Of a DNA stretch of 43,451 bases, positions 32,628-40,046 are shown one piece after another (within the stretch, counting starts at the first letter, position 1; every line of letters begins with the position of its first letter). Location of the stretch: IMG/VR virus record IMGVR_UViG_3300049188_000023. One strand, given 5' to 3'. The notes under the pieces are model-generated. The model saw only the letters and a program-made list of their open reading frames with translations. It had not been told where the DNA came from and ran no database searches. Origin of the DNA: a virus. The position numbers and the translations under genes are program-made.

Positions 32628-32774
32628 TCAGCCCTCCGGCCACTGGTTGACGATCCACACCAGCAGCTTGTCCAGCGCTCCCTCAGCCATGTAGACCACT
32701 GCCCAGATGAGCAGCAACGCCACAAAGGCGACAGCACACAGCACGGTCTTGCAGGGGGTGAGGATGGAGCGCAT
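32628..32774 (-). CDS. Possible small membrane protein (48 aa)
   Basis: Not in ORF track; MRSILTPCKTVLCAVAFVALLLIWAVVYMAEGALDKLLVWIVNQWPEG; 6 nt after Cro-like stop; no clear SD. Confidence 0.35.
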   Translation of the reverse strand: MRSILTPCKTVLCAVAFVALLLIWAVVYMAEGALDKLLVWIVNQWPEG

Positions 32775-32780
32775 GGGGCG

Positions 32781-32981
32781 CTAGCGCGACTTCCGCGCCC
32801 GCTTGGACTGCGACTTGATTCGCGCAATCGCGCCCAGCAGCCGCTCCACCGTGTCGAGCGTGGGCGCGTGCTTGACGTGCCGCAGCCTGTACACCGTCTT
32901 TTGTGAAACGCCGGATTCGCGCACCACGTCATCGACGCGGACGGCTTTGAGCATCTCGGCAAGCTCGGATCTTGTGACCAT
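32781..32981 (-). CDS. Cro-like HTH protein (66 aa)
   Basis: ATG 32981 inside ORF 32781..33125; VRESGVSQKTVYRLRH HTH; divergent from CI-like gene. Confidence 0.7.
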   Translation of the reverse strand: MVTRSELAEMLKAVRVDDVVRESGVSQKTVYRLRHVKHAPTLDTVERLLGAIARIKSQSKRARKSR

Positions 32982-33065
32982 GGCTCTATTGTGAGTCACG
33001 TTTGTCCAACGTGCAAGCCACATCGCTAGACAAACCCGACCAGTCCAGTAGGGCATATTCACGAA
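32982..33065. promoter_or_regulatory. Immunity switch: divergent promoters and operators
   Basis: Leftward TTGCAC(33016-33011)-17 nt-CACAAT(32993-32988); rightward -10 CATATT (33054-33059); palindrome GTGAgTCAC (32991-32999); inverted repeat TTTGTC/GACAAA (33001-06/33029-34). Confidence 0.6.
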
Positions 33066-33383
33066 ATGGCCACTCAAGACTTGCGCGCTATCCTTGCGGC
33101 GAACCTCAGGCGACTGATTGAGCACGAGACGGCCCCCGGAGAGCGTCCCTCGATTCGGGCCTGGGCGCTTCGTCGGGAGCTGGATGTGCGCCTAATAGAC
33201 AGACTCACCAAAGGTGAGCACGCGGTCACCCTGGATAACCTGGACAAGATCGCCGCCGCCTGCGGGCTCAAGCCCTGGCAGTTGCTCTTGGAAGACATGG
33301 ACCCGGCCACGCCGCCGGATGCGCCCATCAGCACGGAGGAGCGCGCACTCCTCGCTCGCTTGCGGCGACTACTCTCGTCCTAG
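33066..33383 (+). CDS. CI-like XRE-family HTH repressor candidate (105 aa, no peptidase domain)
   Basis: LRAILAANLRRLIEHE...SIRAWALRRELDVRLIDRLTKGEHAVTLDNLDKIAAACGLKPWQLL; no SD; ATG 7 nt after a -10-like hexamer. Confidence 0.7.
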   Translation: MATQDLRAILAANLRRLIEHETAPGERPSIRAWALRRELDVRLIDRLTKGEHAVTLDNLDKIAAACGLKPWQLLLEDMDPATPPDAPISTEERALLARLRRLLSS

Positions 33384-33385
33384 GC

Positions 33386-33652
33386 TCAGTCGCCAGCCTC
33401 GGCCCGCTCTGCCGCGATCTCCGCTAGCGCTCGTTCGCGCCCAGCCGCATAGGCCGCTCGGGCGAATGCGAGTAGACCCTCGTCCGGGTCTCCCTCGCCG
33501 ATGATGAGATGGGCCTCCCTGGCCCACCTACCCACTTCGTCGTTTGTTGGGTTCATGGCCGGGCGAATTATGCCGAGCGCGTGAGCGGCAATCCCATGGC
33601 CGAGGGGCGTCAGTCCGCACAAAAACCACCCATCACGCTCAACATTGGTCAT
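33386..33652 (-). CDS. Hypothetical protein (88 aa), lone antisense gene between CI-like gene and rightward early promoter
   Basis: ORF ends 2 nt after CI-like stop; GC3 visibly lower (about 70 percent by my count) than structural genes; no SD. Confidence 0.5.
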   Translation of the reverse strand: MTNVERDGWFLCGLTPLGHGIAAHALGIIRPAMNPTNDEVGRWAREAHLIIGEGDPDEGLLAFARAAYAAGRERALAEIAAERAEAGD

Positions 33653-33654
33653 TT

Positions 33655-33688
33655 ATGACTTGACGCGCGTAGGTCATCGGTGTCCAAT
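33655..33688 (+). promoter_or_regulatory. Candidate rightward early promoter (PL-like) with ATGAC/GTCAT repeats
   Basis: TTGACG (33660-65)-17 nt-TCCAAT (33683-88); ATGAC at 33655 and 33687, GTCAT at 33673. Confidence 0.45.
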
Positions 33689-33725
33689 GACTCCATCGAC
33701 ACCGCAACAACACGCGGAGTCACAG

Positions 33726-34292
33726 ATGGAGCAAAGCATGGCATTGCACAAGATCACCAACCGCTATACCGGCGCAGCGCTGTTTGAGTGCGATGTGCCT
33801 GATGACATAGAGGCTGGCTTGCGTACTCGGTTCGCGCTGGAGAAGGCGACTGGAGCGCGCGCCAACCTCGCGGGCGCCTACCTCGCGGGCGCCTACCTCG
33901 CGGGCGCCAACCTCGCGGGCGCCAACCTCGCGGACGCCAACCTCGCGGGCGCCAACCTCGCGGGCGCCTACCTCGCGGGCGCCAACCTCGCGGACGCCTA
34001 CCTCGCGGGCGCCACGTGGCGCGATGGCATCGTCATCAACAAGCGGCCGATCCAACTCTATGGATTGCACTACGTGGTGACGATCCTCGATGCGCACATG
34101 CAGATCGGATGTGAGTTGCACTCGCTTGCCGAGTGGGCCGCATTCGATGACGCGCGCATCGTCGCGATGGACGGCCGGACCGCCCTGCAGTTCTGGCGCG
34201 ACCACAAGGATGCATTGCTGTCGTTGGCCCGCTCTGCCGGGCGCTCGTTCGATACGCCATCTGTTGAGCAAGCCGCGCAGGAGGCTGCATGA
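33726..34292 (+). CDS. Pentapeptide-repeat protein (189 aa) with conserved C-terminal domain
   Basis: GGAG 6 nt upstream; ten consecutive A(N/Y)LA(G/D) pentapeptides; first gene of the rightward early operon. Confidence 0.85.
   Translation: MEQSMALHKITNRYTGAALFECDVPDDIEAGLRTRFALEKATGARANLAGAYLAGAYLAGANLAGANLADANLAGANLAGAYLAGANLADAYLAGATWRDGIVINKRPIQLYGLHYVVTILDAHMQIGCELHSLAEWAAFDDARIVAMDGRTALQFWRDHKDALLSLARSAGRSFDTPSVEQAAQEAA
33861..34010 (+). repeat. Ten tandem 15-bp units gcc(a/t)acctcgcgg(g/a)c
   Basis: Units start at 33861 + 15n; only two variable positions per unit. Confidence 0.95.
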
Positions 34293-34459
34293 GCGGCGAC
34301 TACAGCGACATCGCCTACTTCCTTGCGGATCACCCTGGTCTTCTGACACCTGCGCCGGTCCTAGCAGTGCTTCCAGCGCTTGAGCCGGCGAGGCTGGATG
34401 ACGAGGTGTCGGCCCAGCAGGCCGCGGCGATGGATGACGTTCTGGAGGCGCTGGCATGA
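34289..34459 (+). CDS. Hypothetical acidic protein (56 aa)
   Basis: Not in ORF track; ATGA overlaps at both ends; MSGDYSDIAYFLADHPGLL... Confidence 0.5.
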   Translation: MSGDYSDIAYFLADHPGLLTPAPVLAVLPALEPARLDDEVSAQQAAAMDDVLEALA

Positions 34460-34776
34460 AGACGATCACCGGCAAGACGAAGGCGTGGCTGTCGGAAAGC
34501 GGAAGCCCGGATGCGTTGCTTGGCGATAACCACGGCGCGGCCGTCAGCTCACTGAGCTTCTGCTCTTGGGACATGAAGTCGGTGGGATGGACTTACGTTG
34601 GCGAAGCAACGATCACGGTCGACATCCCGGATCACGACACCCTAATCGGCAACAAGGTCGAGAGCCTTCGCGCCGAGAAGCAGCAGATCCTGGCTGAGGC
34701 CCAGGCCAAGGCAACGCAGCTTGAGGGGCAGATCCAGAAGCTGCTCGCCATCACATACACGCCGGAGGCCGCATGA
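34456..34776 (+). CDS. Hypothetical protein (106 aa)
   Basis: ATGA coupling; C-terminal coiled coil. Confidence 0.6.
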   Translation: MKTITGKTKAWLSESGSPDALLGDNHGAAVSSLSFCSWDMKSVGWTYVGEATITVDIPDHDTLIGNKVESLRAEKQQILAEAQAKATQLEGQIQKLLAITYTPEAA

Positions 34777-34892
34777 GCGCGCACATCGTCACCGCTGCGA
34801 TGGTCGTGGGAATCATCCTGGCTGGCGCAAGGCTCGCGAAGTGGGCTATCGACAGGGTGTATGCGGCTACTGAAGGTGAGGTGCGGCCATGA
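34773..34892 (+). CDS. Small membrane protein (39 aa)
   Basis: Not in ORF track; MSAHIVTAAMVVGIILAGARLAKWAIDRVYAATEGEVRP; ATGA overlaps at both ends. Confidence 0.5.
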   Translation: MSAHIVTAAMVVGIILAGARLAKWAIDRVYAATEGEVRP

Positions 34893-35131
34893 GTGCACAT
34901 TCGCCTGGGCCGTGGCACCGGAACATTGCGCCGGCGCGGAAGTATGTAGTCGTCTGGTCTGGGCGCAACAAGCACGTTGCGAAGCTCATCACCGATGGTC
35001 TGAGCGAGGACGCGCTGGCCGACTTCGAGCACGAGCTGGAGCATGCGCCGCAGATCACTGCAGAGGACCGCCGCCAGTGGGCTCGTGATGACGCAGACGA
35101 AGCCTGGGGCGAAGAGAGGAGGGCTGCATGA
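34889..35131 (+). CDS. Hypothetical protein (80 aa)
   Basis: ATGA coupling at both ends. Confidence 0.6.
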   Translation: MSAHSPGPWHRNIAPARKYVVVWSGRNKHVAKLITDGLSEDALADFEHELEHAPQITAEDRRQWARDDADEAWGEERRAA

Positions 35132-35577
35132 GCCACCGTGACGAAGCGCACCAGGGTGCGGACGACATCCCGGCAGCGGAGGGCGCACTTGTGTTCGATC
35201 CGACCAAGTTCGTGCCGTTTCTGCTGAGTGGCACGACGCCAGAGAACCTGCAACTGTTCTTCGACGGCTCGCCGCCAACGCCAGGCGACGCTGTGGAACT
35301 CGTGTGCTACGCAGCCACGAGCACCAGCGTGTCCATGAAATGGCGCGTTGTGGCGCGAGCGGCAATGAACACGCTTGAGCATGCATACGCCGAAGGCCGC
35401 AGCGATCAGCACGCCGACGACAAGGTTCTCGTCGCCGAGATGCTCTCCGCTATCGACTCGGTATTGATCGAGGTAGCGGGACGTGAGCGGCCGTACAGCG
35501 TGGACTCATACCTGCCGCCGCACCTCGTTGATGCGCTGCAGCGGGTCAAGAACAAGGCGATGGAGGCGCTGAAGTGA
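35128..35577 (+). CDS. Hypothetical protein (149 aa)
   Basis: ATGA / GTGA coupling. Confidence 0.6.
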   Translation: MSHRDEAHQGADDIPAAEGALVFDPTKFVPFLLSGTTPENLQLFFDGSPPTPGDAVELVCYAATSTSVSMKWRVVARAAMNTLEHAYAEGRSDQHADDKVLVAEMLSAIDSVLIEVAGRERPYSVDSYLPPHLVDALQRVKNKAMEALK

Positions 35578-35804
35578 AGAAGACACCGTGGTTTCGCGGC
35601 AATGTGAAGCCGGTTCGCGAGGGGGTGTATGAGCGGGTGCCCACCGATGCGACGAGCAAATTCAGCTATTGGAATGGGAGCTACTGGTGCGTCAGCGATG
35701 TGTCCGTCGATGGCGCCGCCGATGAACAGCAAAGCGACAGTATCGATCAGTCGGCCAGATGGCGAGGCCTTGCGGAGCCACCCAAGAAGGCGAGCCGCAA
35801 GTGA
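35574..35804 (+). CDS. Hypothetical protein (76 aa)
   Basis: WFRGNVKPVREGVYER...YWNGSYW motif seen in small phage proteins. Confidence 0.6.
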   Translation: MKKTPWFRGNVKPVREGVYERVPTDATSKFSYWNGSYWCVSDVSVDGAADEQQSDSIDQSARWRGLAEPPKKASRK

Positions 35805-36019
35805 GGTTTGTTCTCACGATCACATGGCCCGAGCCATTCGTCCGGGTCGAGCGCATCGAGGTCGATGCCGTCGACGCCGCCGACGCCCTGCAGTCCGCCC
35901 TGTCCCATCCAGCCCCTCCCGGCAGTCAGCGCGCTCTGCGTCCGCTCCGGGAGACCAACTACGACTTTCATCCCAGTGTGCCCGGCGACTTTGATGAGCT
36001 TGCGGCACTCACTCTCTAG
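35801..36019 (+). CDS. Hypothetical protein (72 aa)
   Basis: GTG 35801 overlapping upstream stop (GTGA). Confidence 0.5.
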   Translation: MRFVLTITWPEPFVRVERIEVDAVDAADALQSALSHPAPPGSQRALRPLRETNYDFHPSVPGDFDELAALTL

Positions 36020-36028
36020 GAGAAATCA

Positions 36029-36433
36029 ATGTCACGCGATCACATGCTTGGGTTTCCTGCTCTTGTGCAGTCTCTCAAAGAGTCTGGTGCGCGCTCGCCG
36101 AAGTTCGGCCTGGGCGTGCCGAGCCGGGCCTATGACGAAGTTCGCGAGCGGACTGAACGCCACTTCGCCCCGGTTCGCCAGGTCATCGCATTCGAGCAGG
36201 GTGACTACACACCCGAGTGGATGCGCACACCGCAGAAGCCGCTGAAGTGGCCTCCGCTCCCGGATGCAGATGGGTGGATCAAGTGGGAGGGCGGGGATCG
36301 GCCTGTTGATGCCGCCGTCAGCGTGCAGGTGAGGCTTCGTGGCGGCATCAATGGCGGCTGTGTGGCCGGGGATCTGGCGTGGTACCAGCTTGGCTGCGGA
36401 GCTGACATCGTGGCCTATCGGGTGGTGGCATGA
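36029..36433 (+). CDS. Hypothetical protein (134 aa)
   Basis: TAGGAG RBS 6 nt upstream. Confidence 0.6.
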   Translation: MSRDHMLGFPALVQSLKESGARSPKFGLGVPSRAYDEVRERTERHFAPVRQVIAFEQGDYTPEWMRTPQKPLKWPPLPDADGWIKWEGGDRPVDAAVSVQVRLRGGINGGCVAGDLAWYQLGCGADIVAYRVVA

Positions 36434-36528
36434 GCCGCGATTGGTGGGCTGGTGCGTGGGTGGCGATTGCGATTGGTGCCGCGCTGGCTGGTGCTGCTGT
36501 TGAGTGGTGGTCGGGGGTTGCTCCATGA
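36430..36528 (+). CDS. Small membrane protein (32 aa)
   Basis: Not in ORF track; MSRDWWAGAWVAIAIGAALAGAAVEWWSGVAP; ATGA overlaps. Confidence 0.45.
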   Translation: MSRDWWAGAWVAIAIGAALAGAAVEWWSGVAP

Positions 36529-36689
36529 CTGATTGGCCTACTACTCGTCGTTACCCGCGCACCTTTGCTGAGGCCTTCCCTCGCTCGATTGAGATGGCTG
36601 CGGCTGTTGAGGTTGAGAGGGTGGGGCCTGTCGGCTGGCTGCTTAGGGCCATTCGCTCAGCGCTGCGTGGCTGACCCACTGGCGCCCTG
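36525..36689 (+). CDS. Hypothetical protein (54 aa)
   Basis: Not in ORF track; ATGA overlap; MTDWPTTRRYPRTFAEAFPRS... Confidence 0.4.
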
Positions 36690-36752
36690 ATTCACGGCTT
36701 AGCTGGCGGGCCGCCAATCGCCAGCAACCAACTTTCCTTCAAGGAAACATCA

Positions 36753-37355
36753 ATGAGTGACATCACTGCAACCCTGTCCGAGTACGACTTCATTGCCGTC
36801 ATCGACGCCTCAGGGTCAATGGCCACGGAAGACATGGGAGGCGGGCGTACCCGCTGGAAGGCCATGCAGGAGACTGCAGAGCAGTTCTGCCGCGACATCC
36901 AGAAGATCGACAGCGACGGCATCGGCCTTGTCGTGTTCAGCGGTCAGGGCATCGACACGCACGACGGCGTGAACGTCGAGAAGGTCAGCGAGATTTTCCG
37001 CAACCGCTCGCCGCGCAGCTCCACGCCGCTGGCCGAGGCGCTGCAGGCCGCTCTCAAGCTGGCCGGCAAGTCCGACAAGAAGGACTTCATCCTGGTGTTC
37101 ACGGATGGTGTGCCCGACGACGAGGCCGCCGCTGCGAAGGTCATCCGCGACGCGAGCAACAAGCTCAACAGCGACGACGAACTGACGATCCTCTTCGTGC
37201 AGGTCGGCAACGACGCGGGCGCCGCTGCGTACCTCAAGAAGCTGGACGACCAGCTCACCGGCTGCAAGTTCGACATCGTGGACGCCAAGACGATGGCCGA
37301 GGCTGAGAAGTTCGCGACCACCGCCGAACTGGTGGTCGCCGCGATCAACGACTAA
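36753..37355 (+). CDS. von Willebrand factor A (vWA) domain protein with intact MIDAS
   Basis: DASGSM (DxSxS) ... SSTPLAEAL (Thr) ... VFTDGVPDD (Asp); 200 aa. Confidence 0.85.
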   Translation: MSDITATLSEYDFIAVIDASGSMATEDMGGGRTRWKAMQETAEQFCRDIQKIDSDGIGLVVFSGQGIDTHDGVNVEKVSEIFRNRSPRSSTPLAEALQAALKLAGKSDKKDFILVFTDGVPDDEAAAAKVIRDASNKLNSDDELTILFVQVGNDAGAAAYLKKLDDQLTGCKFDIVDAKTMAEAEKFATTAELVVAAIND

Positions 37356-37406
37356 ACGGTGCGCGCCGGGGCCTCACGGCTCCGGCCGCTCCCGACGGAG
37401 AAAGAC

Positions 37407-37535
37407 ATGGTCGATTTCATCCTCTTGTGCTTCGCCATCGGCACCTTCGCTGGCGGGTTTTGGTGCGGCAAGAAGTTCGGCACGCTCGGCGCAATGCTGG
37501 CTGCAGGCAAGGCAAAGCTGCAGTCCTGGCTCTGA
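37407..37535 (+). CDS. Small membrane protein (42 aa)
   Basis: Not in ORF track; GGAG 6 nt upstream; MVDFILLCFAIGTFAGGFWCGKKFGTLGAMLAAGKAKLQSWL. Confidence 0.5.
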   Translation: MVDFILLCFAIGTFAGGFWCGKKFGTLGAMLAAGKAKLQSWL

Positions 37536-37551
37536 CACCCGGAGGCTCCAA

Positions 37552-37800
37552 ATGCTCTCGATGTTCTCCGTTCTCGCGCTGACCCTCTTTGGGCTGGCGG
37601 CTCGAATCCACATCGTGCAGACGGCACGGATGCTTGAGATTCGTGCAACAGGCAAGCGCGCTCTCGATGCCATGGCCGCATGCGATCCCGATTGGTGTCG
37701 CTACTGGGATGAGTTTGACGATGGCCCATCGTTCGAGCGGATGCTGCTGCAGCTCCACAAGTGGACTCACGCGCAGTTCTACCCCGGGAGCGAGTCGTGA
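37552..37800 (+). CDS. Hypothetical protein with N-terminal TM (82 aa)
   Basis: GGAGG RBS; MLSMFSVLALTLFGLAA. Confidence 0.6.
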   Translation: MLSMFSVLALTLFGLAARIHIVQTARMLEIRATGKRALDAMAACDPDWCRYWDEFDDGPSFERMLLQLHKWTHAQFYPGSES

Positions 37801-38282
37801 TCGATTTTGACGATGTCGGCGTTGAGGCCGCATACGTGAGTGCACCTGCTGCGCCAGCAATGCCCCAGATCGGCGATCTGCACACGCAGATCACAGCCGT
37901 GGGCAGCCGCGTCACCTGCAATCCGCCGCCAACCGATACGGATAAGGATTGGCTCGTGCTGGTCCCATATGACAAGTACGACCAGTTCGCGGCGCTGCTC
38001 ATGGCTGATGGGTGGGAGGTTGGCGGCTCTGCGATTCCGATAGGCAACGACTACCGCAACCCGCACGAGAAGTTCAACAGCTTCACCAAGGGCAGCGACA
38101 ACGTGATTGCCACCTGCAGCGACGAGTTTCACCGCCGCTTCCTGGCGGCCACTGCGGCGGCGCGACGGATGAACCTCCTTGCGAAATCGGACCGCATCAC
38201 GCTTTTCCAGGCCGTGCTCTACGCGGCCATTTGCGACCCTCGTTTTGAGGTTGTCACTCCATTAGACGAACTCCTGTTCTGA
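37797..38282 (+). CDS. Hypothetical protein (161 aa); possible minimal nucleotidyltransferase-like DxD
   Basis: GTGA overlap; TDTDKDWLVLV ... NVIATCSDEFHRRF ... RITLFQAVLY; fold guess only. Confidence 0.5.
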   Translation: MIDFDDVGVEAAYVSAPAAPAMPQIGDLHTQITAVGSRVTCNPPPTDTDKDWLVLVPYDKYDQFAALLMADGWEVGGSAIPIGNDYRNPHEKFNSFTKGSDNVIATCSDEFHRRFLAATAAARRMNLLAKSDRITLFQAVLYAAICDPRFEVVTPLDELLF

Positions 38283-38287
38283 TCACC

Positions 38288-38926
38288 ATGAACGTCTACA
38301 AGTCTATCAACGCCGTACAGCGTGAACTGGCGAAAACCGGCATTACGAAGGATCGGCGCAATTCTCAACAGGGGTACAACTTCCGGGGGATTGACGATGT
38401 GTTTAACGCCGTCTCTCCACTGCTGGCGAGCAATGGCCTGTGCATCCTGCCGCGCGTCCTGTCCCGTGATTGCGTCGAGCGCCAGAGCGCAAGGGGCGGC
38501 GCGCTGTTCTACGTCACCGTCGAGGCCGAATTCGACTTCGTGTGCTCCGAGGACGGCAGCAAGCACACCGTCAAGACCTACGGCGAGGCGATGGACTCTG
38601 CCGACAAGGCAACGAACAAGGCCATGAGCGCGGCCTATAAGTACGCCGTCATGCAGGCATTCGCCATTCCGACCGAGGGCGACAACGACGCCGACGCAAC
38701 AACGCACGACGTTCGCTCACGCGACGCCCAGCGCGAGCACTGGCTGGCTGACCAGAAGGCCGCCATCGATGCCGCGGGCACTACCGGCGAACTGAAGCGC
38801 ATCGTGGCCGCCGCCATCGAGGCGGCCCAGCGCGAGAACGACGCCGACGCCGAGGCGCAGATCCGCGCCGCCGCAGCAACCAAGGCCGCCAAGGCCAGGA
38901 AACCCGCCAAGGAGGATGTGCAGTGA
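38288..38926 (+). CDS. erf: ERF-family single-strand annealing protein
   Basis: GYNFRGIDDVFNAVSPLLASNGL ... GEAMDSADKATNKAMSAAYKYAVMQAFAIPTEGDNDAD. Confidence 0.85.
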   Translation: MNVYKSINAVQRELAKTGITKDRRNSQQGYNFRGIDDVFNAVSPLLASNGLCILPRVLSRDCVERQSARGGALFYVTVEAEFDFVCSEDGSKHTVKTYGEAMDSADKATNKAMSAAYKYAVMQAFAIPTEGDNDADATTHDVRSRDAQREHWLADQKAAIDAAGTTGELKRIVAAAIEAAQRENDADAEAQIRAAAATKAAKARKPAKEDVQ

Positions 38927-39420
38927 CCGCCCTCTACTTGTTGTCTCACGAGTACCGCGAGGCTGCTGACAAGCTGGCCGACCTGGATCTGCCGGACGAC
39001 GTTGTGTTCGACACATTGGATGGCATGGTCGGAGATCTGCAGGCCAAGGCCACGAGCACAGCATGCGTGATCCGAAACATGCAGGCCCTGGCGGCATCGA
39101 TCAAGGAGGCCGAGGCCGCCATGGCTGCGCGCCGCAAGGCCCTGGAGGCTCGCGCCGAGCGCGTCACGAAGTACCTGCTGGACTGCATGCAACTCGCGGG
39201 CGTCCAGAAGATCGAGTGTCCACACTTCGCTCTGGCCGTGCGCCAGAACCCGCCGTCGGTGGCCATCCACGAGCCTGGGCTCATCCCGGCTGAGTTCATG
39301 CGGCAGCCTGAGCCGCCACCACCGGCGCCCGACAAGAAGGCCATCGCCGAGGCTATCAAGGCTGGGCGCGATGTGTCGGGCGCCCATCTCGTGCGCGGCC
39401 ACCGGCTGGAGATCAGGTAG
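38923..39420 (+). CDS. Siphovirus Gp157-family protein
   Basis: GTGA overlap with erf; layout DTLDGMVGDLQAKA...IKEAEAAMAARRKALEARAERVTKYL...ECPHFALAVRQNPPSV. Confidence 0.65.
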   Translation: MTALYLLSHEYREAADKLADLDLPDDVVFDTLDGMVGDLQAKATSTACVIRNMQALAASIKEAEAAMAARRKALEARAERVTKYLLDCMQLAGVQKIECPHFALAVRQNPPSVAIHEPGLIPAEFMRQPEPPPPAPDKKAIAEAIKAGRDVSGAHLVRGHRLEIR

Positions 39421-39422
39421 CC

Positions 39423-40046
39423 ATGGCGAAGACAAGCCATCAGGGAATCCTGCCGCTCGTGCACGGCATCCTGGCAGCCGATACGAGCCCGCTCGGGATG
39501 ACGTCCCAGCAGGTTCTGCAAGCGTGCGGCCTGGAGTCAAAGCAATGCACGGCAGCGCTGTATCTGCTCAAGCAGAGCGGCCGCTGCTTCTCGAACGGCA
39601 TCCACCACTCTGACCGGTTTTTCTATGCGACCCAGGAGCGCCTGGAGGACTGCCGCGAGGCTGTGGCCGCCCGTCTTGTCGAGGTCCGCAAGCAGAGGCG
39701 AGCCGAGATGAACCGCAAGCATGCGCAGCGGGCTCGCGAGCGGCTGGCAAGGCTTCCGAAGCCGGAGAGGGCGCCCAGGCCACCGAAGGCTACAGCGGCG
39801 CCCACGCCAAAGCCAAAGCCCGTTCAAAAGCACAAGCGCGAGAAGCCAGCAAAGCCGGCGAAGCCAGCTACGGTGCACATCAGCAGCGCACCGCGGAGGA
39901 AGTGGGATTCCGCGCCGGTAGTCGTGCCGGATCACGTGAGGGTGCAGGAGATTCCCGGCTACGTGCCGCGCACTTTCGCGCCGCCGCCGTTCTTCCGGGG
40001 CGAGTACATGACCGAGTGGCAGCATCTGCGGAGCGCCGAGAAATGA
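39423..40046 (+). CDS. Hypothetical protein (207 aa), Lys/Pro-rich linker
   Basis: In-operon ORF; possible winged-helix N-terminus. Confidence 0.55.
   Translation: MAKTSHQGILPLVHGILAADTSPLGMTSQQVLQACGLESKQCTAALYLLKQSGRCFSNGIHHSDRFFYATQERLEDCREAVAARLVEVRKQRRAEMNRKHAQRARERLARLPKPERAPRPPKATAAPTPKPKPVQKHKREKPAKPAKPATVHISSAPRRKWDSAPVVVPDHVRVQEIPGYVPRTFAPPPFFRGEYMTEWQHLRSAEK

Noticed and set aside
33861-34010. CRISPR-like or satellite reading of the 15-bp tandem array
   Set aside because: The units are contiguous with no spacers, lie in frame inside a well-supported ORF, and encode canonical pentapeptide repeats.
33720-34574. Long shadow ORFs opposite to, or overlapping, real genes. Examples: 33720..34574(-) with REVGAREVGA repeats, 3683..4939(+), 19486..20661(+), 41642..42622(-), 143..853(-), 5396..6124(-), 38635..39540(-)
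   Set aside because: They are Arg/Gly/Ala/Pro-rich and lack RBS or coupling. They overlap ORFs with clear family motifs or synteny. This is typical stop-poor alternative-frame behaviour in GC-rich DNA.
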